This document shows positions 47,837 through 58,502 of a stretch of DNA of 64,000 bases, piece by piece. Under the pieces are notes generated by a model. That model saw nothing but the letters and a program-made list of their open reading frames with translations, made no database searches and was not told the DNA's origin. Origin of the DNA: Promethearchaeati archaeon SRVP18_Atabeyarchaeia-1 (GTDB lineage: Archaea; Asgardarchaeota; Atabeyarchaeia; Atabeyarchaeales; Atabeyarchaeaceae); assembly GCA_037308085.1 (NCBI GenBank), contig CP147779.1, positions 1,152,001 through 1,216,000 of the forward strand. The letters are read 5' to 3'. How positions within the stretch are numbered: position 1 is the first letter of the stretch; every line of letters begins with the position of its first letter. The translations under genes were made by a program, and so were the position numbers.

Positions 47837-47986
47837 CGAAGAGGCACCCCAACAACCAATCGCTATCCAGATCGCTTCATACATAAGAACCTTGGTCTAT
47901 GATGTCACGGCGCAACTTAATCAAGCTGCTGTCTGCTAATAGAGTCGGCATCTTGGGTGGAGGAGACGGACGCTATCTCTGAAATC

Positions 47987-50386
47987 TTAGTCTCGCGCCA
48001 ATATTTTTCTCTTAACGTAGTCTTTTGGAAATATCATCACTGCAGCCAGGAGAGAGACTGCCAGCACCGCCTCTAGTGGAATTGGAACCAAGGCTCCTCT
48101 GATGCCAACCAGACAAAGTGCCGTCGCAAAGACAGTATCCAAGACAAGGGCGGCTGACAGGGCTCTGCCTGGTCTTGAAGTCCAGAATGATCTTCTCTCT
48201 CGCACTACGAGCATGTTGGCAACGCCTGACACAAGGAGCATATAAAAGACAAAGGTGTAGAGTGCGCCAACGTCCAGCTCAAAGAACCTGAGAGCTAAGG
48301 ACAGTCCAATGAACATCTCAAGCAATACTACTGTGCTTATTGCCAGTGCGACCTTCGTCATCTTGCCAACTTCCCATCTATCGGGATACGCTGACGGCTT
48401 GACATTGTCTGTGGCAATCGAGATAGTTATGAAATCAATGAGAAAGAGTAGCAGAACTAGGTGAATAGTGGTTGTGACAAGCATTCTCAGCATGAAGAAT
48501 GTGATAGACAAGAAAATTGAGATTTGAAACGTCTTGACAATTCTGTTCAAGATCCATGTGTACATCCTTTGGAAAGCTTCCCTTCCAGTCTTGACGAGTT
48601 CAACAATTCCCGAGAGGCCTTCACTTGTGAGCACGACGCTCGCAGCTGCCTTCGCCGCATCGGCAGCGTTCTGCAACGCGACGCCCACTTCAGCCTGCTT
48701 GAGCGCTGGTACATCATTTACTCCGTCACCAGTCATTCCGACTATTCGGTGTGCAGACTGGAAACTCCTTACTATTTTGAGCTTGTCTTCAGGGAAGACC
48801 TCCGCAAAAACGTCGCATTCACCAGCAGCACGATTCATTCTTTCGCCAGAAGTATATAGCTTGCATGCGCTCCCGGCGATTCCAACTTCCCTAGCAACAG
48901 TCACGGCAACTCGGGCGCCATCCCCGGTCACCATTTTCACATCTATGCCGAGGTCCCTTAGTTCTGCAATGAGCTTTCGAGAGTCCTTCCTAGGTCTATC
49001 CTGCAGTGGCATGAAACCTACGAGGCTCCAGCGACCATTGTCCTCGACGGCTACAGCTATTACCCTGTAGCCGCTTGTCGAGAGCCTCTCCACTACCTGT
49101 CCATGGATCTTCTTTGTAGCATCGTCCGAGTCGGCAATTTCGATGATCATCTGGGGGGCGCCCTTGACGATTCTAATCAGGTGCCCGTCAGGTTTTTCCA
49201 CCAGCGCCTCTGTTCTTTTCGTTGCAGGGTCAAAAGGTGTGAAGCTACGAACCCTGTATTTCTCCACTCTGACCCCAAGTGATTTGGCGTACTCTAAGGC
49301 TGCGATGTCAATTGGGTCTTGTGAAGCCTCTTCAGACGCCAGCATGGCAAAGAGAGCAACGTCTTCTTGATGGAAATCTCCCAAGGATACGGGTTCAGTG
49401 ACCGACAGCATGTTTTCGGTGATCGTTCCAGTTTTGTCCGCGCAGATAGTCGTCATCGTTGCGGCGTCCTCTACTGCAGTTATCCTCGTCACGAGAACGC
49501 CTTTCTTGTAGAGCCTGAGTGCACCCACTGACATCGTGACAGTAAACATAACTGGCAAAGCTATCGGTACAGAGGACACGAGCAGCATTAGAACAAAGTT
49601 CAACATCGCACCGAACTCCAAGCCCACGAGGAAAGAGAATCCGACAACGCAAACTGCAACGATCGCGACGATTAGTAACACGTACCTCACGACGTCTCCG
49701 ATCAACTCTTCGACGTGAGACCTTGCCTTCGCCCCCTTGACAAGGGTAATCGTGTTACCGTAGAACGTCTTTGAACCTGTTGATACGACAACCGATTTTG
49801 CCTCTCCTTTTCTGACTATTGATCCTGCGTAAGCAAAACCGCAAGCTTCCTTTTCAACAGGCAAAGACTCACCCGTGAGAGAAGATTCGTCCACAAGAAT
49901 TCTTCCCTCAACTAGCTTTACATCAGCAGGGATTATGTCGCCAATCCTCACAAGTATGATGTCTCCAGGGACTATCTCTCGCGATGGCTTCAGAGCCCAT
50001 TCGCCGTCCCTGAGGATCCTACTGTTGACATAGAGCTTCTTCCTAAGGAGTTCGACAGCCTTCCCTGACCTGGATTCCTCTGAGGATCCTATTGCAGCGT
50101 TTAGGACTAACAACCCCACAACAAGGTATAATGTGAAAACTTGGTTCAACAGAAAACTGACGACTGCCACGGTTTCCAGCATCCACGCGGTTGGACCCCA
50201 GAACCTTCGAAGGAATAGCGATAGCGGATTTGTCTTCTTCTCCTTAACCTCATTGAGACCGAATTTCAACAACCTTTCCTTGGCTTCTCTGCCACTCAGG
50301 CCGTCCAGTGAAGTTTCTACCGACTTCAATGTTACATCTATTGTCGCGGATTCTAGTGATCTTCCACGATTCACTGTGGAACCCAT
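47987..50386 (-). CDS. P-type ATPase, type IIIA (H+-ATPase-like)
   Basis: TGESLP, PIALP, DKTGT, KGAPQ, MTGDGVND, 10-TM layout. Confidence 0.92.
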   Translation of the reverse strand: MGSTVNRGRSLESATIDVTLKSVETSLDGLSGREAKERLLKFGLNEVKEKKTNPLSLFLRRFWGPTAWMLETVAVVSFLLNQVFTLYLVVGLLVLNAAIGSSEESRSGKAVELLRKKLYVNSRILRDGEWALKPSREIVPGDIILVRIGDIIPADVKLVEGRILVDESSLTGESLPVEKEACGFAYAGSIVRKGEAKSVVVSTGSKTFYGNTITLVKGAKARSHVEELIGDVVRYVLLIVAIVAVCVVGFSFLVGLEFGAMLNFVLMLLVSSVPIALPVMFTVTMSVGALRLYKKGVLVTRITAVEDAATMTTICADKTGTITENMLSVTEPVSLGDFHQEDVALFAMLASEEASQDPIDIAALEYAKSLGVRVEKYRVRSFTPFDPATKRTEALVEKPDGHLIRIVKGAPQMIIEIADSDDATKKIHGQVVERLSTSGYRVIAVAVEDNGRWSLVGFMPLQDRPRKDSRKLIAELRDLGIDVKMVTGDGARVAVTVAREVGIAGSACKLYTSGERMNRAAGECDVFAEVFPEDKLKIVRSFQSAHRIVGMTGDGVNDVPALKQAEVGVALQNAADAAKAAASVVLTSEGLSGIVELVKTGREAFQRMYTWILNRIVKTFQISIFLSITFFMLRMLVTTTIHLVLLLFLIDFITISIATDNVKPSAYPDRWEVGKMTKVALAISTVVLLEMFIGLSLALRFFELDVGALYTFVFYMLLVSGVANMLVVRERRSFWTSRPGRALSAALVLDTVFATALCLVGIRGALVPIPLEAVLAVSLLAAVMIFPKDYVKRKILARD

Positions 50387-50609
50387 TGGACAGCACCTGG
50401 GTCAAAGACAGAAGTGGTAATGAGACGGGATTCACTTCAGGTTTCTGGAAAGCCCCCAAGCATGTTCAGAAGCTTTGGGCAAGCTAAATATATGACCGAA
50501 ATATAAGAGTATTCCTTGAGTATCTAATAGTGAGGGAGAGCTTGTGTGACACATTGTGTTTCGATTAAGATGAATGTATTATGATCGAAGTATTCGTGGT
50601 GTGGGAAAA

Positions 50610-52022
50610 ATGTATGAAGATTTAGCAAATTTCGCACTAGACTTTGCTCAGAAGAAGGCCGGGGTCACTTATGCTGAGGTGAAGGTTGAGAGATCAGTAG
50701 GCAACGCCGTTGTCATCAAGAATGCCATGATAGATGCACTAGTCTATGCCGAAGATGAGGGACTATGCACTAGAGTAGTCACCAAGGAAGGAATTGGGTT
50801 CGCATCCACCAATATCCTCGGCAACAGTGAAGCAAAGGCTGTAGTCGACCAGGCATACAAGACTGCGCGTTCATCACGTAGGAAAACACCCATAACCTTC
50901 GCAGAGGAGAAGGGTGTCGAGGAGAAATGGACCATTGTAGAAAAAGAAAAGTTAGCGGATGTCACGCCTGAGCAACTTGTAAGCGCCGCGATGGAAACAG
51001 ACAAGTACCTAGATTCACTCGACTTGAAGTTGCCTGCAAGGATCATTCAGCTCTCGGACGACATCGCCGAGAAGTACTTCTGCAACACTGAGGGATCGAG
51101 AATATCATCAATTATACCTAGGATTGACGCTATTGCCCATATAAATGTCGAAGAAGATGGGCAAGTCGAAATGGCTTACAGAACCTATGGTTATACAGGT
51201 GGATGGGAAGGGTTAAAGAAGATCCAAATAGGCGAAACAATGGGCAACGACGCAAAGGTGCTCGCAAAGCTGATCACTGAGGGAAAGAAGCTTCCCGAAG
51301 GAGACATGGATCTGATATGTGGACCGGAAGTCACCGCTATAGCGTCGCATGAATCCTGCGGTCACCCGATGGAGGCTGACAGAATAAACGGAAGGGAAAT
51401 GAGCCAAGCAGGAAAATCCTTCGTGTCAAAAGAATTGTTGGGGCAAAGGATTGGCTCAGATGCGGTAACTATTATTGACGACCCAACAATACCTAACAGT
51501 GCAGGGTTCTACGTCTATGACGAGGAAGGCGTCAAAGCCAGACCGAGGTACCTCTACAAAAAAGGACTGATAAACGAGTTTCTGCACAACCGAGAGAGCG
51601 CTGCAATAATGGGCGGCAAGAGTAATGCTTCTTCCAGGTCAGTTAGCTACGATCGGGAAGCCATAGTGAGAATGGCCAACACTTACCTTGCCCCAGGAGA
51701 CTACACGGACGAGGAGCTTCTCGAGGATGTCAAGAAAGGCGTATGGATGGAGTCCTTCAACGAGTGGAACATTGACGATAGGAGATTTAATCAGAAGTAC
51801 ACTGGACGTGAAGCCTACCTCATCGAGAATGGGGAACGAAAACACCCTGTCAAGAACTGCGTCATTGAAACTACGACCCGCAAGTTCTGGAGCGCAGTCG
51901 ACGCCGTGTCAAAACGGCTTCAATTTGTCGCAGCGACGTGTGGGAAAGGTGACCCTGAACAAGGCATTCCAGTTCTAACAGGTGGAGCCACAGCCAGACT
52001 ACGGGAGGTGTACCTGAAGTGA
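50610..52022 (+). CDS. tldD: TldD metalloprotease
   Basis: HESCGH zinc motif, DDPT, RMANTY, C-terminal TCGKG. Confidence 0.9.
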   Translation: MYEDLANFALDFAQKKAGVTYAEVKVERSVGNAVVIKNAMIDALVYAEDEGLCTRVVTKEGIGFASTNILGNSEAKAVVDQAYKTARSSRRKTPITFAEEKGVEEKWTIVEKEKLADVTPEQLVSAAMETDKYLDSLDLKLPARIIQLSDDIAEKYFCNTEGSRISSIIPRIDAIAHINVEEDGQVEMAYRTYGYTGGWEGLKKIQIGETMGNDAKVLAKLITEGKKLPEGDMDLICGPEVTAIASHESCGHPMEADRINGREMSQAGKSFVSKELLGQRIGSDAVTIIDDPTIPNSAGFYVYDEEGVKARPRYLYKKGLINEFLHNRESAAIMGGKSNASSRSVSYDREAIVRMANTYLAPGDYTDEELLEDVKKGVWMESFNEWNIDDRRFNQKYTGREAYLIENGERKHPVKNCVIETTTRKFWSAVDAVSKRLQFVAATCGKGDPEQGIPVLTGGATARLREVYLK

Positions 52023-53359
52023 CGAAGCTAATGACTGAAGAGATAATGGAGAAGACTGAGCAGGTAGTTAGGAAGGCTAGGGGCCTTGGCGCAGCCGAAG
52101 TCGTAGCTGAAGGTGTGGTCTCACAGGATAGGCAAGTGAGATTCAGCAACAACCAGATAGACATATCCCAGAACTGGCGGGAATCCGCTATCGATGTGGT
52201 TCTCACGGTTGGCAAGAAAGTTGTTGCTACCAAGATCAACAAGCTAGATAAACTGGACTTCATGGTTGAGAAGCTGGTGTCCATAGCCAAGGCGTCAAAG
52301 GATAACCCTCTCTGGGGCGGGGTCGCGAAGGGCAAATTCAAGTACGAGAGCTCAAAGATGGACAATTCGATTAGGAAGCTAGATGAGCCCTCGAAGTATG
52401 TTTGGAAGGCGATCGACGCTGCTTTCTCAGAGGGAGCCAAGAACACTGGAGGTCTCCTATTTGTGGGTGACGAGGACTCGTACTTGGTTTCATCTGAAGG
52501 TCCGAGTGGCCTTGACAGCCAGACTTACATCGACCTCAGCATCAGAGCTTTCTCGGATGAAGAGAATTCTGGGCATGGTGTCGAATGCTCGAATAGTCTT
52601 GCAGACTTCCATCCTGAGAAAGCGGGCAAAAAGGCTGGGGAGATCGCAAGCGAATCGAAGAAGTATCCCAGAGAGAACGTTGAAGAAGGTAGCTATGACG
52701 TTGTTCTTGAACCGCTTTTCTTCGGCGCGGTAATGTCCACGATGGGAGCTATGGCATCAGCGTTCTATGCTCTTGCGGGTCAGTCACCTTTCGTGGGCAA
52801 GGTAGGGCAAAAAGTCGCTTCGGGAATTGTGACAATGCGTGACTACGCTTCTGCCACCTCAATGTTCCATAGAACCTTTGATGCAGAAGGTGTACCTATC
52901 AAGGATACTAAAATCATAGACCACGGGGTATTCAAAACCTTTCTGCACAACACTTCAACTGCAAAGCTCTTCAAGACAGAGACAACAGGAAACGCCGGCA
53001 TTGTCATCCCACAAGCGTTTACAACCCAGATGGATCCAGGCGACTACGAGCTACAGGAGATCTTCTCACAGGTCAAGAGTGGATTGTACTTGACAAACAC
53101 ATGGTACACGCGCTTCCAGAACTACACGACTGGAGACTTCTCGACAGTTCCGCGTGACGGAGCCTTCGTAGTGAAGGACGGCGAGATCAAGGCATCGACC
53201 GCCAACCTCAGAGTATCAGAAAACCTTTTGAGACTCCTCCAGAACATCGAAGGGATAAGTAGGGAGAGACACCAGGTGCGCTGGTGGGGAGAAGTCAGCG
53301 AACCAGCATTCGCGCCGCATGTACTAGCTCGGAACGTCAAGATAACTAAGGCGAAGTAG
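52019..53359 (+). CDS. pmbA: PmbA/TldE non-catalytic partner
   Basis: coupled to tldD by GTGA overlap; FDAEG, TTGNAG, TGDFS. Confidence 0.88.
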   Translation: MTKLMTEEIMEKTEQVVRKARGLGAAEVVAEGVVSQDRQVRFSNNQIDISQNWRESAIDVVLTVGKKVVATKINKLDKLDFMVEKLVSIAKASKDNPLWGGVAKGKFKYESSKMDNSIRKLDEPSKYVWKAIDAAFSEGAKNTGGLLFVGDEDSYLVSSEGPSGLDSQTYIDLSIRAFSDEENSGHGVECSNSLADFHPEKAGKKAGEIASESKKYPRENVEEGSYDVVLEPLFFGAVMSTMGAMASAFYALAGQSPFVGKVGQKVASGIVTMRDYASATSMFHRTFDAEGVPIKDTKIIDHGVFKTFLHNTSTAKLFKTETTGNAGIVIPQAFTTQMDPGDYELQEIFSQVKSGLYLTNTWYTRFQNYTTGDFSTVPRDGAFVVKDGEIKASTANLRVSENLLRLLQNIEGISRERHQVRWWGEVSEPAFAPHVLARNVKITKAK

Positions 53360-53392
53360 GAAGCAAGCAGTTGACGTCCTGCGCTCGTTTCT

Positions 53393-54009
53393 CTACTTCC
53401 CAGATATTTTTTCGGGAGACAATAGATCTGGAATGTTTGTTACGATGGCGTCTACTCCGAGTCTGATCAGTCTCTCAGCAACGCGGCGATTGTTCACTGT
53501 CCAAGCGAAGATGGCGAGATTGTGCTCGTGGAGTTCTTTGACCATCTCCTTGGTGACTAACTCATACTGAGGTACCATGCAACTGGCTTTCAGTTCCAAC
53601 GCTTTCACGGCAATGTCACGGATTTTCTAGGAGAATATCTGACCTGTCGGTATCTGCTGGTTCAGTTCCTTTACCTTCCTGATCGCGTCAGCCATGAATG
53701 AAGTCACAACCACATTCTTCACAGCGTCTTCTGACTCCAGCAGGTCAACCAGCAACTTCTCTGTTCCCACGCCTTTCACCCCAATAACGACTCCTACCTT
53801 GTTCTCAGATAACTTGAGGGCTTCTTGAAGCGTGGGTATCTTCTCACCTTTTCCCGCATCGAGTCTCCTGATCTCTTCAAGGGTCATTTCCCTGACTGCT
53901 CCTTCTCCATTTGTGGTGCGGTTAACCGTATCGTCGTGTATCACCACTAGCTGTGCGTCTCTCGTGGAGTGAACGTCCACTTCAACCATGTCAGCGCCAA
54001 GCTCAATTG
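53393..54009 (-). pseudogene. glycerophosphodiester phosphodiesterase pseudogene
   Basis: AIELGADMVEVDVH...VVIHD, IPTLQE, AWTVN, GVDAIVTN; in-frame TAG at 53627-53629; N-terminal HRG/ENT region replaced by a tnpB remnant. Confidence 0.85.
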
Positions 54010-54245
54010 CCGTTTCTAAAACCTTGAGCAATTTTATTGGTTTTATTCGGAGCGTCGGCCTCCTCCGTCCCACCTGCTCCGGCGGCACCAGGCCTACCGC
54101 CGGCGTGCAGGTACTCATGCTTCATCGAAGGCCAAGAGGCGTCCGCACTCACGGTAAACGGGTAGCCGCAGAGGCGCGGCCCACGAGAGAAGATGGCCAA
54201 CGAGGCCAGCCTGTTCCTATCGTAAGCAGCGCCGCAGGCGACCGG
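54010..54245 (-). mobile_element. 3' remnant of a tnpB element related to element C
   Basis: translates to CGAAYDRNRLASLAI..RG.RLCG.PF.VSA.ASW..M..EYL, matching the TnpB C C-terminus; ends in TAGAAACGG as C does. Confidence 0.85.
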
Positions 54246-54327
54246 GCTCATGAAGAATGACGGAACGCGCTACTTCCAAACAAGAATTGGCCCAAGCATG
54301 CTTCTCTCTCGGTTTCCCCGTGGTTGC

Positions 54328-55734
54328 CTATGTCTGAATAGTCACATCTTGGATCCTGATCGGCGGCGATACTACGCACGATGGATAGAGCATTGGCGTA
54401 CACTTCTCTGGCTTGTCTCCAATGGCATCTATCTTCTTCGCATAGTCAAAGATGTTCCCAGCTATCCTGACATCACTTGCCGGCGTGGTCAATTCGCCAT
54501 TCTCGATTCTGAGCCCATTCAACACAGTGACCGAGAAGGAACCGTCTGGTCTTGCAGTGAAGGCAGGGTCAGACCTCTCGATATATATGCCGTCCCTGAC
54601 TTCGCTGATCATGCTATTCAGGGACATGGCTCCCGGCTTGAAAACAAGGTTGGTCGGATAGATTCTCGGGAGTCGTCTGAAACTTCTATAGTAGAAATAG
54701 TCTACACTCGGCATCTCCCATCTGACACAGTTGCCAGTGCTCTGAACAGATGCTATTCTTGCGCTTTGGCTATTGTGGAGGTAGCCTTTCAGAATGCCGT
54801 TCTCGACGAGGACCGTTCTCTTGGAGGGCATACCTTCGTCGTCCATCTTGAATGATGCAAGGCCTCCTTCGTAGGTTCCGTCGTCAACTAGGGTGAGGAT
54901 ATCAGATCCGATCTGCTTGCCTATTTTTCCCTCCAATGGAGAAGCCTTGTCCCTAACGTTATCGGCCAGAAAGGCGTTCGCAAACGCGTACGTGAAAAGC
55001 TCAGCCACGGCGTGTGGGCTTAGGACCACCGGCATCTTCTTGGGCTCAATCGTCCGGGCTCCACGATATTTCAGTATCTTACCAGAATAGTTAGATGCAA
55101 AGTTGCTAACATTGTCAGTACCTTTGACTGTCCTCTCGACATTATAGACCTCGATCTTGCTTTCTCTGTCTTCATACTTCGCAGATATTCCCAAAGCCAT
55201 TCTTACAAAGCTGCCATAGTCATCAACCATCAGCCCTTCGGTATTGACGACTGCGAATCCATGCCTAGATCGCCCGAAAAGAGAGTCGTAGACTGTTATT
55301 CTCTGAGGATCGACTTCCTTTGCAGCTTTCCTGAGAGTTACTAACTGGGACATTGCTTCTTCTGGTCCCATCTCAGCAGCATGCTTGTCGTAGATGCCAG
55401 AAACGCGCGGGTAACCGCTCGGTTTTGCTGGGAAGCTCTCAAGTCCAGGTTGAGGCTCAGCTACCTTCAACGCGCTACGAACTGATGACTTTATTGATTC
55501 ATCTTCGAGGTTGCTGAGATACGCGAATCCGAGGGAACCACCCTTTATCACGCGGATACCTGCCCCAGCGAGGGTTTGATCCCTTGTCGTAAGATTCTCC
55601 TTACCGCTGACTCTGGATATCCTCATAACAAGATTCTCTCTTGACTCAAGGAAGACTTCTACTCGCTCTGCGCCTTCCCCTTGAGCCATCTTGACGATTC
55701 TTTCGGCTGTGTGAGGCAAATCCATTGAGGACAA
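54328..55734 (-). CDS. PmbA/TldE-like protein
   Basis: GAGIRVI, DDGT..G...DDEG, STGN, GNIFD. Confidence 0.85.
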   Translation of the reverse strand: MSSMDLPHTAERIVKMAQGEGAERVEVFLESRENLVMRISRVSGKENLTTRDQTLAGAGIRVIKGGSLGFAYLSNLEDESIKSSVRSALKVAEPQPGLESFPAKPSGYPRVSGIYDKHAAEMGPEEAMSQLVTLRKAAKEVDPQRITVYDSLFGRSRHGFAVVNTEGLMVDDYGSFVRMALGISAKYEDRESKIEVYNVERTVKGTDNVSNFASNYSGKILKYRGARTIEPKKMPVVLSPHAVAELFTYAFANAFLADNVRDKASPLEGKIGKQIGSDILTLVDDGTYEGGLASFKMDDEGMPSKRTVLVENGILKGYLHNSQSARIASVQSTGNCVRWEMPSVDYFYYRSFRRLPRIYPTNLVFKPGAMSLNSMISEVRDGIYIERSDPAFTARPDGSFSVTVLNGLRIENGELTTPASDVRIAGNIFDYAKKIDAIGDKPEKCTPMLYPSCVVSPPIRIQDVTIQT

Positions 55735-55781
55735 GGTCTAGGTTCCACTCCTTGCTATCAACTCATTGACAATTCAGCATT

Positions 55782-57203
55782 CTATCCTATTCTCAGCTCA
55801 CTGAATCTCAGGTGCGGGCCAGCCCCTGAGGTAACCATCGACTCCTCTTCTTCCGTCAACCTTATCTGAAGAACTTCAAAGTCACTCCCAACGCCATCAA
55901 TGTTCTTCAATTCATTGACAATGTCAAGGGTGAAGCTCGGCGACAAGACAGCTCTTCCAAGCTTTCCGTTCTTTATCAAATAACCCCTCTCCGCATTGCC
56001 ACTCATAATGCGCGTTGTGCTGGCGCCCGTGAGCCCCGTCAGATAGATACCATCCTTTATTCCTTCAACCATCTCCTCAAACTTCAGGTCGCCAGACTTC
56101 ACTATCGTGTTAGACACGTATGGGCGGGGCGCGAAGAGGGCATTCTGGCATCTTGCATGTCCTTCAACGACAGTATTGAACAGGTATGCAGTGGTCTTGC
56201 TGTGCAAATATGATTTCAACACGCCATTCTCAATCAGCGTCGTGGGTCTTGCTAAGACACCTTCCTCATCATACTTATAGAAAACTGGAAGCCCAGGAGA
56301 AGTTGGATCATCATAAAGAACGAACGACTCGGGCGCTAGTTGCTCACCTAGTCTGCCCGCAAACCCGCCAAGCTCACCTTCAGGTATCAGGGCATTATGA
56401 GCACAACCCATCAACCCCGTGCTTGACGCCAAGAGTCCAGTCAACCTAGGATCGAGGATAGCTGGAAGCTTCCCTGAGGGAGGCTCCTCTGCTGACAGAA
56501 GCTCAACGGCATCCTTGGCGACCTGTTGGGCCGAACTCAGCGGATCAGCCATGGCCATTAGTTCCTGCCCGGCGCTGGCACCGATTCTTCCTATGCACCT
56601 CGAGATTCTGGCGCCCTCGCGGGCGGTGACTATCGTGCGCAGTTCGGTGTACGGGTGCGATTCCTGTATCTTCGAGCCGTCTGAGTTGACGAAGAACCTC
56701 TCATAGACTTCGTCGATGTATCTAAAATTAGTTCCGACGATCCTTTCGTCGGTTGAGCGTGCCGCAGCATCACAGGATAGAATTATCTCCTTCTTCTCGT
56801 CGATGGGAACTTCCCTTGGGTCAGTCACATCCCCCAACTTCACGTCATCTTCGACTTGAGGCGCAGAGGCTAGTCCAACTTTCTCCTTGAAGTTCACGCT
56901 TGCTGCTTCAGCTATCTTCGTTGCCCTCTCGGCGGCTTGACCTATCGCCTCTTTGTCCTGTCGTGTAAAAATCGACAAGCCAATGGTTCCCTTGAGCACT
57001 CTTACGCTGCCAGCAAGTTCAATTGATGGAATTATCCGCTCAACTTTCCCATTAGTCACGACTATCATGTTGCTATAAATCCTCTGGAGTCTAATGTCTG
57101 CGTGCTCCACCTTATGCTTCGATACGAGTTTGCTAAGTGCAGCCTCGAGAATATCTATCACCGGACAATACCCCCCCGTTTCAGGCACGTCGCGTATGAC
57201 CAA
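55782..57203 (-). CDS. TldD-like protein lacking zinc ligands
   Basis: HADIR, DDPT.PG...YDEEG, SNT, GPHLRF conserved; HExxGH replaced by ASSTGL. Confidence 0.8.
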   Translation of the reverse strand: MVIRDVPETGGYCPVIDILEAALSKLVSKHKVEHADIRLQRIYSNMIVVTNGKVERIIPSIELAGSVRVLKGTIGLSIFTRQDKEAIGQAAERATKIAEAASVNFKEKVGLASAPQVEDDVKLGDVTDPREVPIDEKKEIILSCDAAARSTDERIVGTNFRYIDEVYERFFVNSDGSKIQESHPYTELRTIVTAREGARISRCIGRIGASAGQELMAMADPLSSAQQVAKDAVELLSAEEPPSGKLPAILDPRLTGLLASSTGLMGCAHNALIPEGELGGFAGRLGEQLAPESFVLYDDPTSPGLPVFYKYDEEGVLARPTTLIENGVLKSYLHSKTTAYLFNTVVEGHARCQNALFAPRPYVSNTIVKSGDLKFEEMVEGIKDGIYLTGLTGASTTRIMSGNAERGYLIKNGKLGRAVLSPSFTLDIVNELKNIDGVGSDFEVLQIRLTEEEESMVTSGAGPHLRFSELRIG

Positions 57204-57215
57204 TTGCTCGACTCA

Positions 57216-57623
57216 TCAGGTGATCGGCGAGGAAACTATTTGGGCAACCCGCTTTGCTCTTATCATGAGCAGGGCGAGATTCGCTCTCTTGTCTGAGAAA
57301 ATGAACAACGTCTTCTTGGACGCTGCTTGTATAAGGATAGTGCTGTTTTCCGACCTTAGAATCATGTTATCCAGCTGCCCTCCACCAATCCGCTCAACAA
57401 AGTGCAACGTCTGATCAGATAGTTCCTTGACGTCCACACCTGTCACCTCTATCCTTGATCGATCTAGCAGTGTCCGGTACCATTGGTGGACAACTTCTCC
57501 ATTCTCGTCTACAATCAGAAGCGCTGAGACGCCAAGTAGCGAAGTGACCTCGGTAATTACGCTTTCTATACTCATAGGTTTTGTTCGATCTGCGTCTGCT
57601 CTAGGCATCGGAGTCCCATACAA
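57216..57623 (-). CDS. Roadblock/LC7 domain protein
   Basis: GVSALLIVDENGEVV...GQLDNMILRSENSTILI...ANLALL pattern; start uncertain. Confidence 0.75.
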   Translation of the reverse strand: MYGTPMPRADADRTKPMSIESVITEVTSLLGVSALLIVDENGEVVHQWYRTLLDRSRIEVTGVDVKELSDQTLHFVERIGGGQLDNMILRSENSTILIQAASKKTLFIFSDKRANLALLMIRAKRVAQIVSSPIT

Positions 57624-57919
57624 GCCAACTCATCCTCCTAATTGTGCCAATTATCGGGAAATCGAGAATAACCTCTCTTGAGTGAATCGACCCCAAACTA
57701 GCGGCAAAACTACCGCCAGCTACTGGCGGATGGTATATTTTCAATCATCATCCTTTTATTTTAATGTTTTGATGCAAGATGCCCATCCTTCGAGATGCGA
57801 TCATGAAACTCGCAGAATACTGGCGAAACTCGACTTGGCATCATTTGCAAGACCTATAAATATCCGCAATGCCCCTGTGTGGCAAAAAGAGAAGAGAATG
57901 CATTTATAGGACAAGCTAG

Positions 57920-58306
57920 GTGAAAATCATGAAATCAAAGTTCACATACGTTGGAATCAGAGTGACCAATCTTCAGAGGTCTACAGACTTTTACACAAGG
58001 TTGCTCGGAATGAAGATCGTTAATCGTGGTAAAGTGGGGCAAACAAAAGGTGAGACAGTGACCCTTGAAAGCGAGAAAGGCGGCTTCATCCTCGAACTCA
58101 ACTACTATGAACAAGGCAGCCCCTACAACACCAAATACAGCGCGGGAGAAGGACTAGACCATTTAGCGTTCAAGACCGACAACCTCGATAAGGCCTTGCA
58201 GGAGGCCAACAAAGCAGGGTACCGCACCGTACTGGATATGAACGCAGGCGGCGGCCATTGGGCATATATTGAGGATCCCGACGGGATATGGATCGAACTC
58301 TTCTGA
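57920..58306 (+). CDS. VOC/glyoxalase family protein
   Basis: IRVTNLQRSTDFYT, LELNY, DHLAF, EDPDGIWIEL. Confidence 0.9.
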   Translation: MKIMKSKFTYVGIRVTNLQRSTDFYTRLLGMKIVNRGKVGQTKGETVTLESEKGGFILELNYYEQGSPYNTKYSAGEGLDHLAFKTDNLDKALQEANKAGYRTVLDMNAGGGHWAYIEDPDGIWIELF

Positions 58307-58502
58307 ACGACGATCTGCCTTGCCAAGAGTAGAGCCAGCAAAATAGAACTCCCTAATGCTCGCGTCAAAGCGAATCGAACCCTATGTATTTATTACTGAA
58401 TTGCCGACATTATTCCGCTTAACCAAAAACGCGCGGGTAAGTGGGTCCTCCCACCCGTTCCGCAATCGATAAACCCCGGGAAGTGGAGGGGAACTCTGGC
58501 AA

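Noticed and set aside
20043-53629. Three in-frame TAG codons (20043, 20100, 53627) suggesting amber recoding or pyrrolysine
   Set aside because: Many intact genes here end in TAG. The three sites correspond to different expected residues (Glu, probably Gln, probably Trp), each one substitution away, and lie in otherwise damaged genes.
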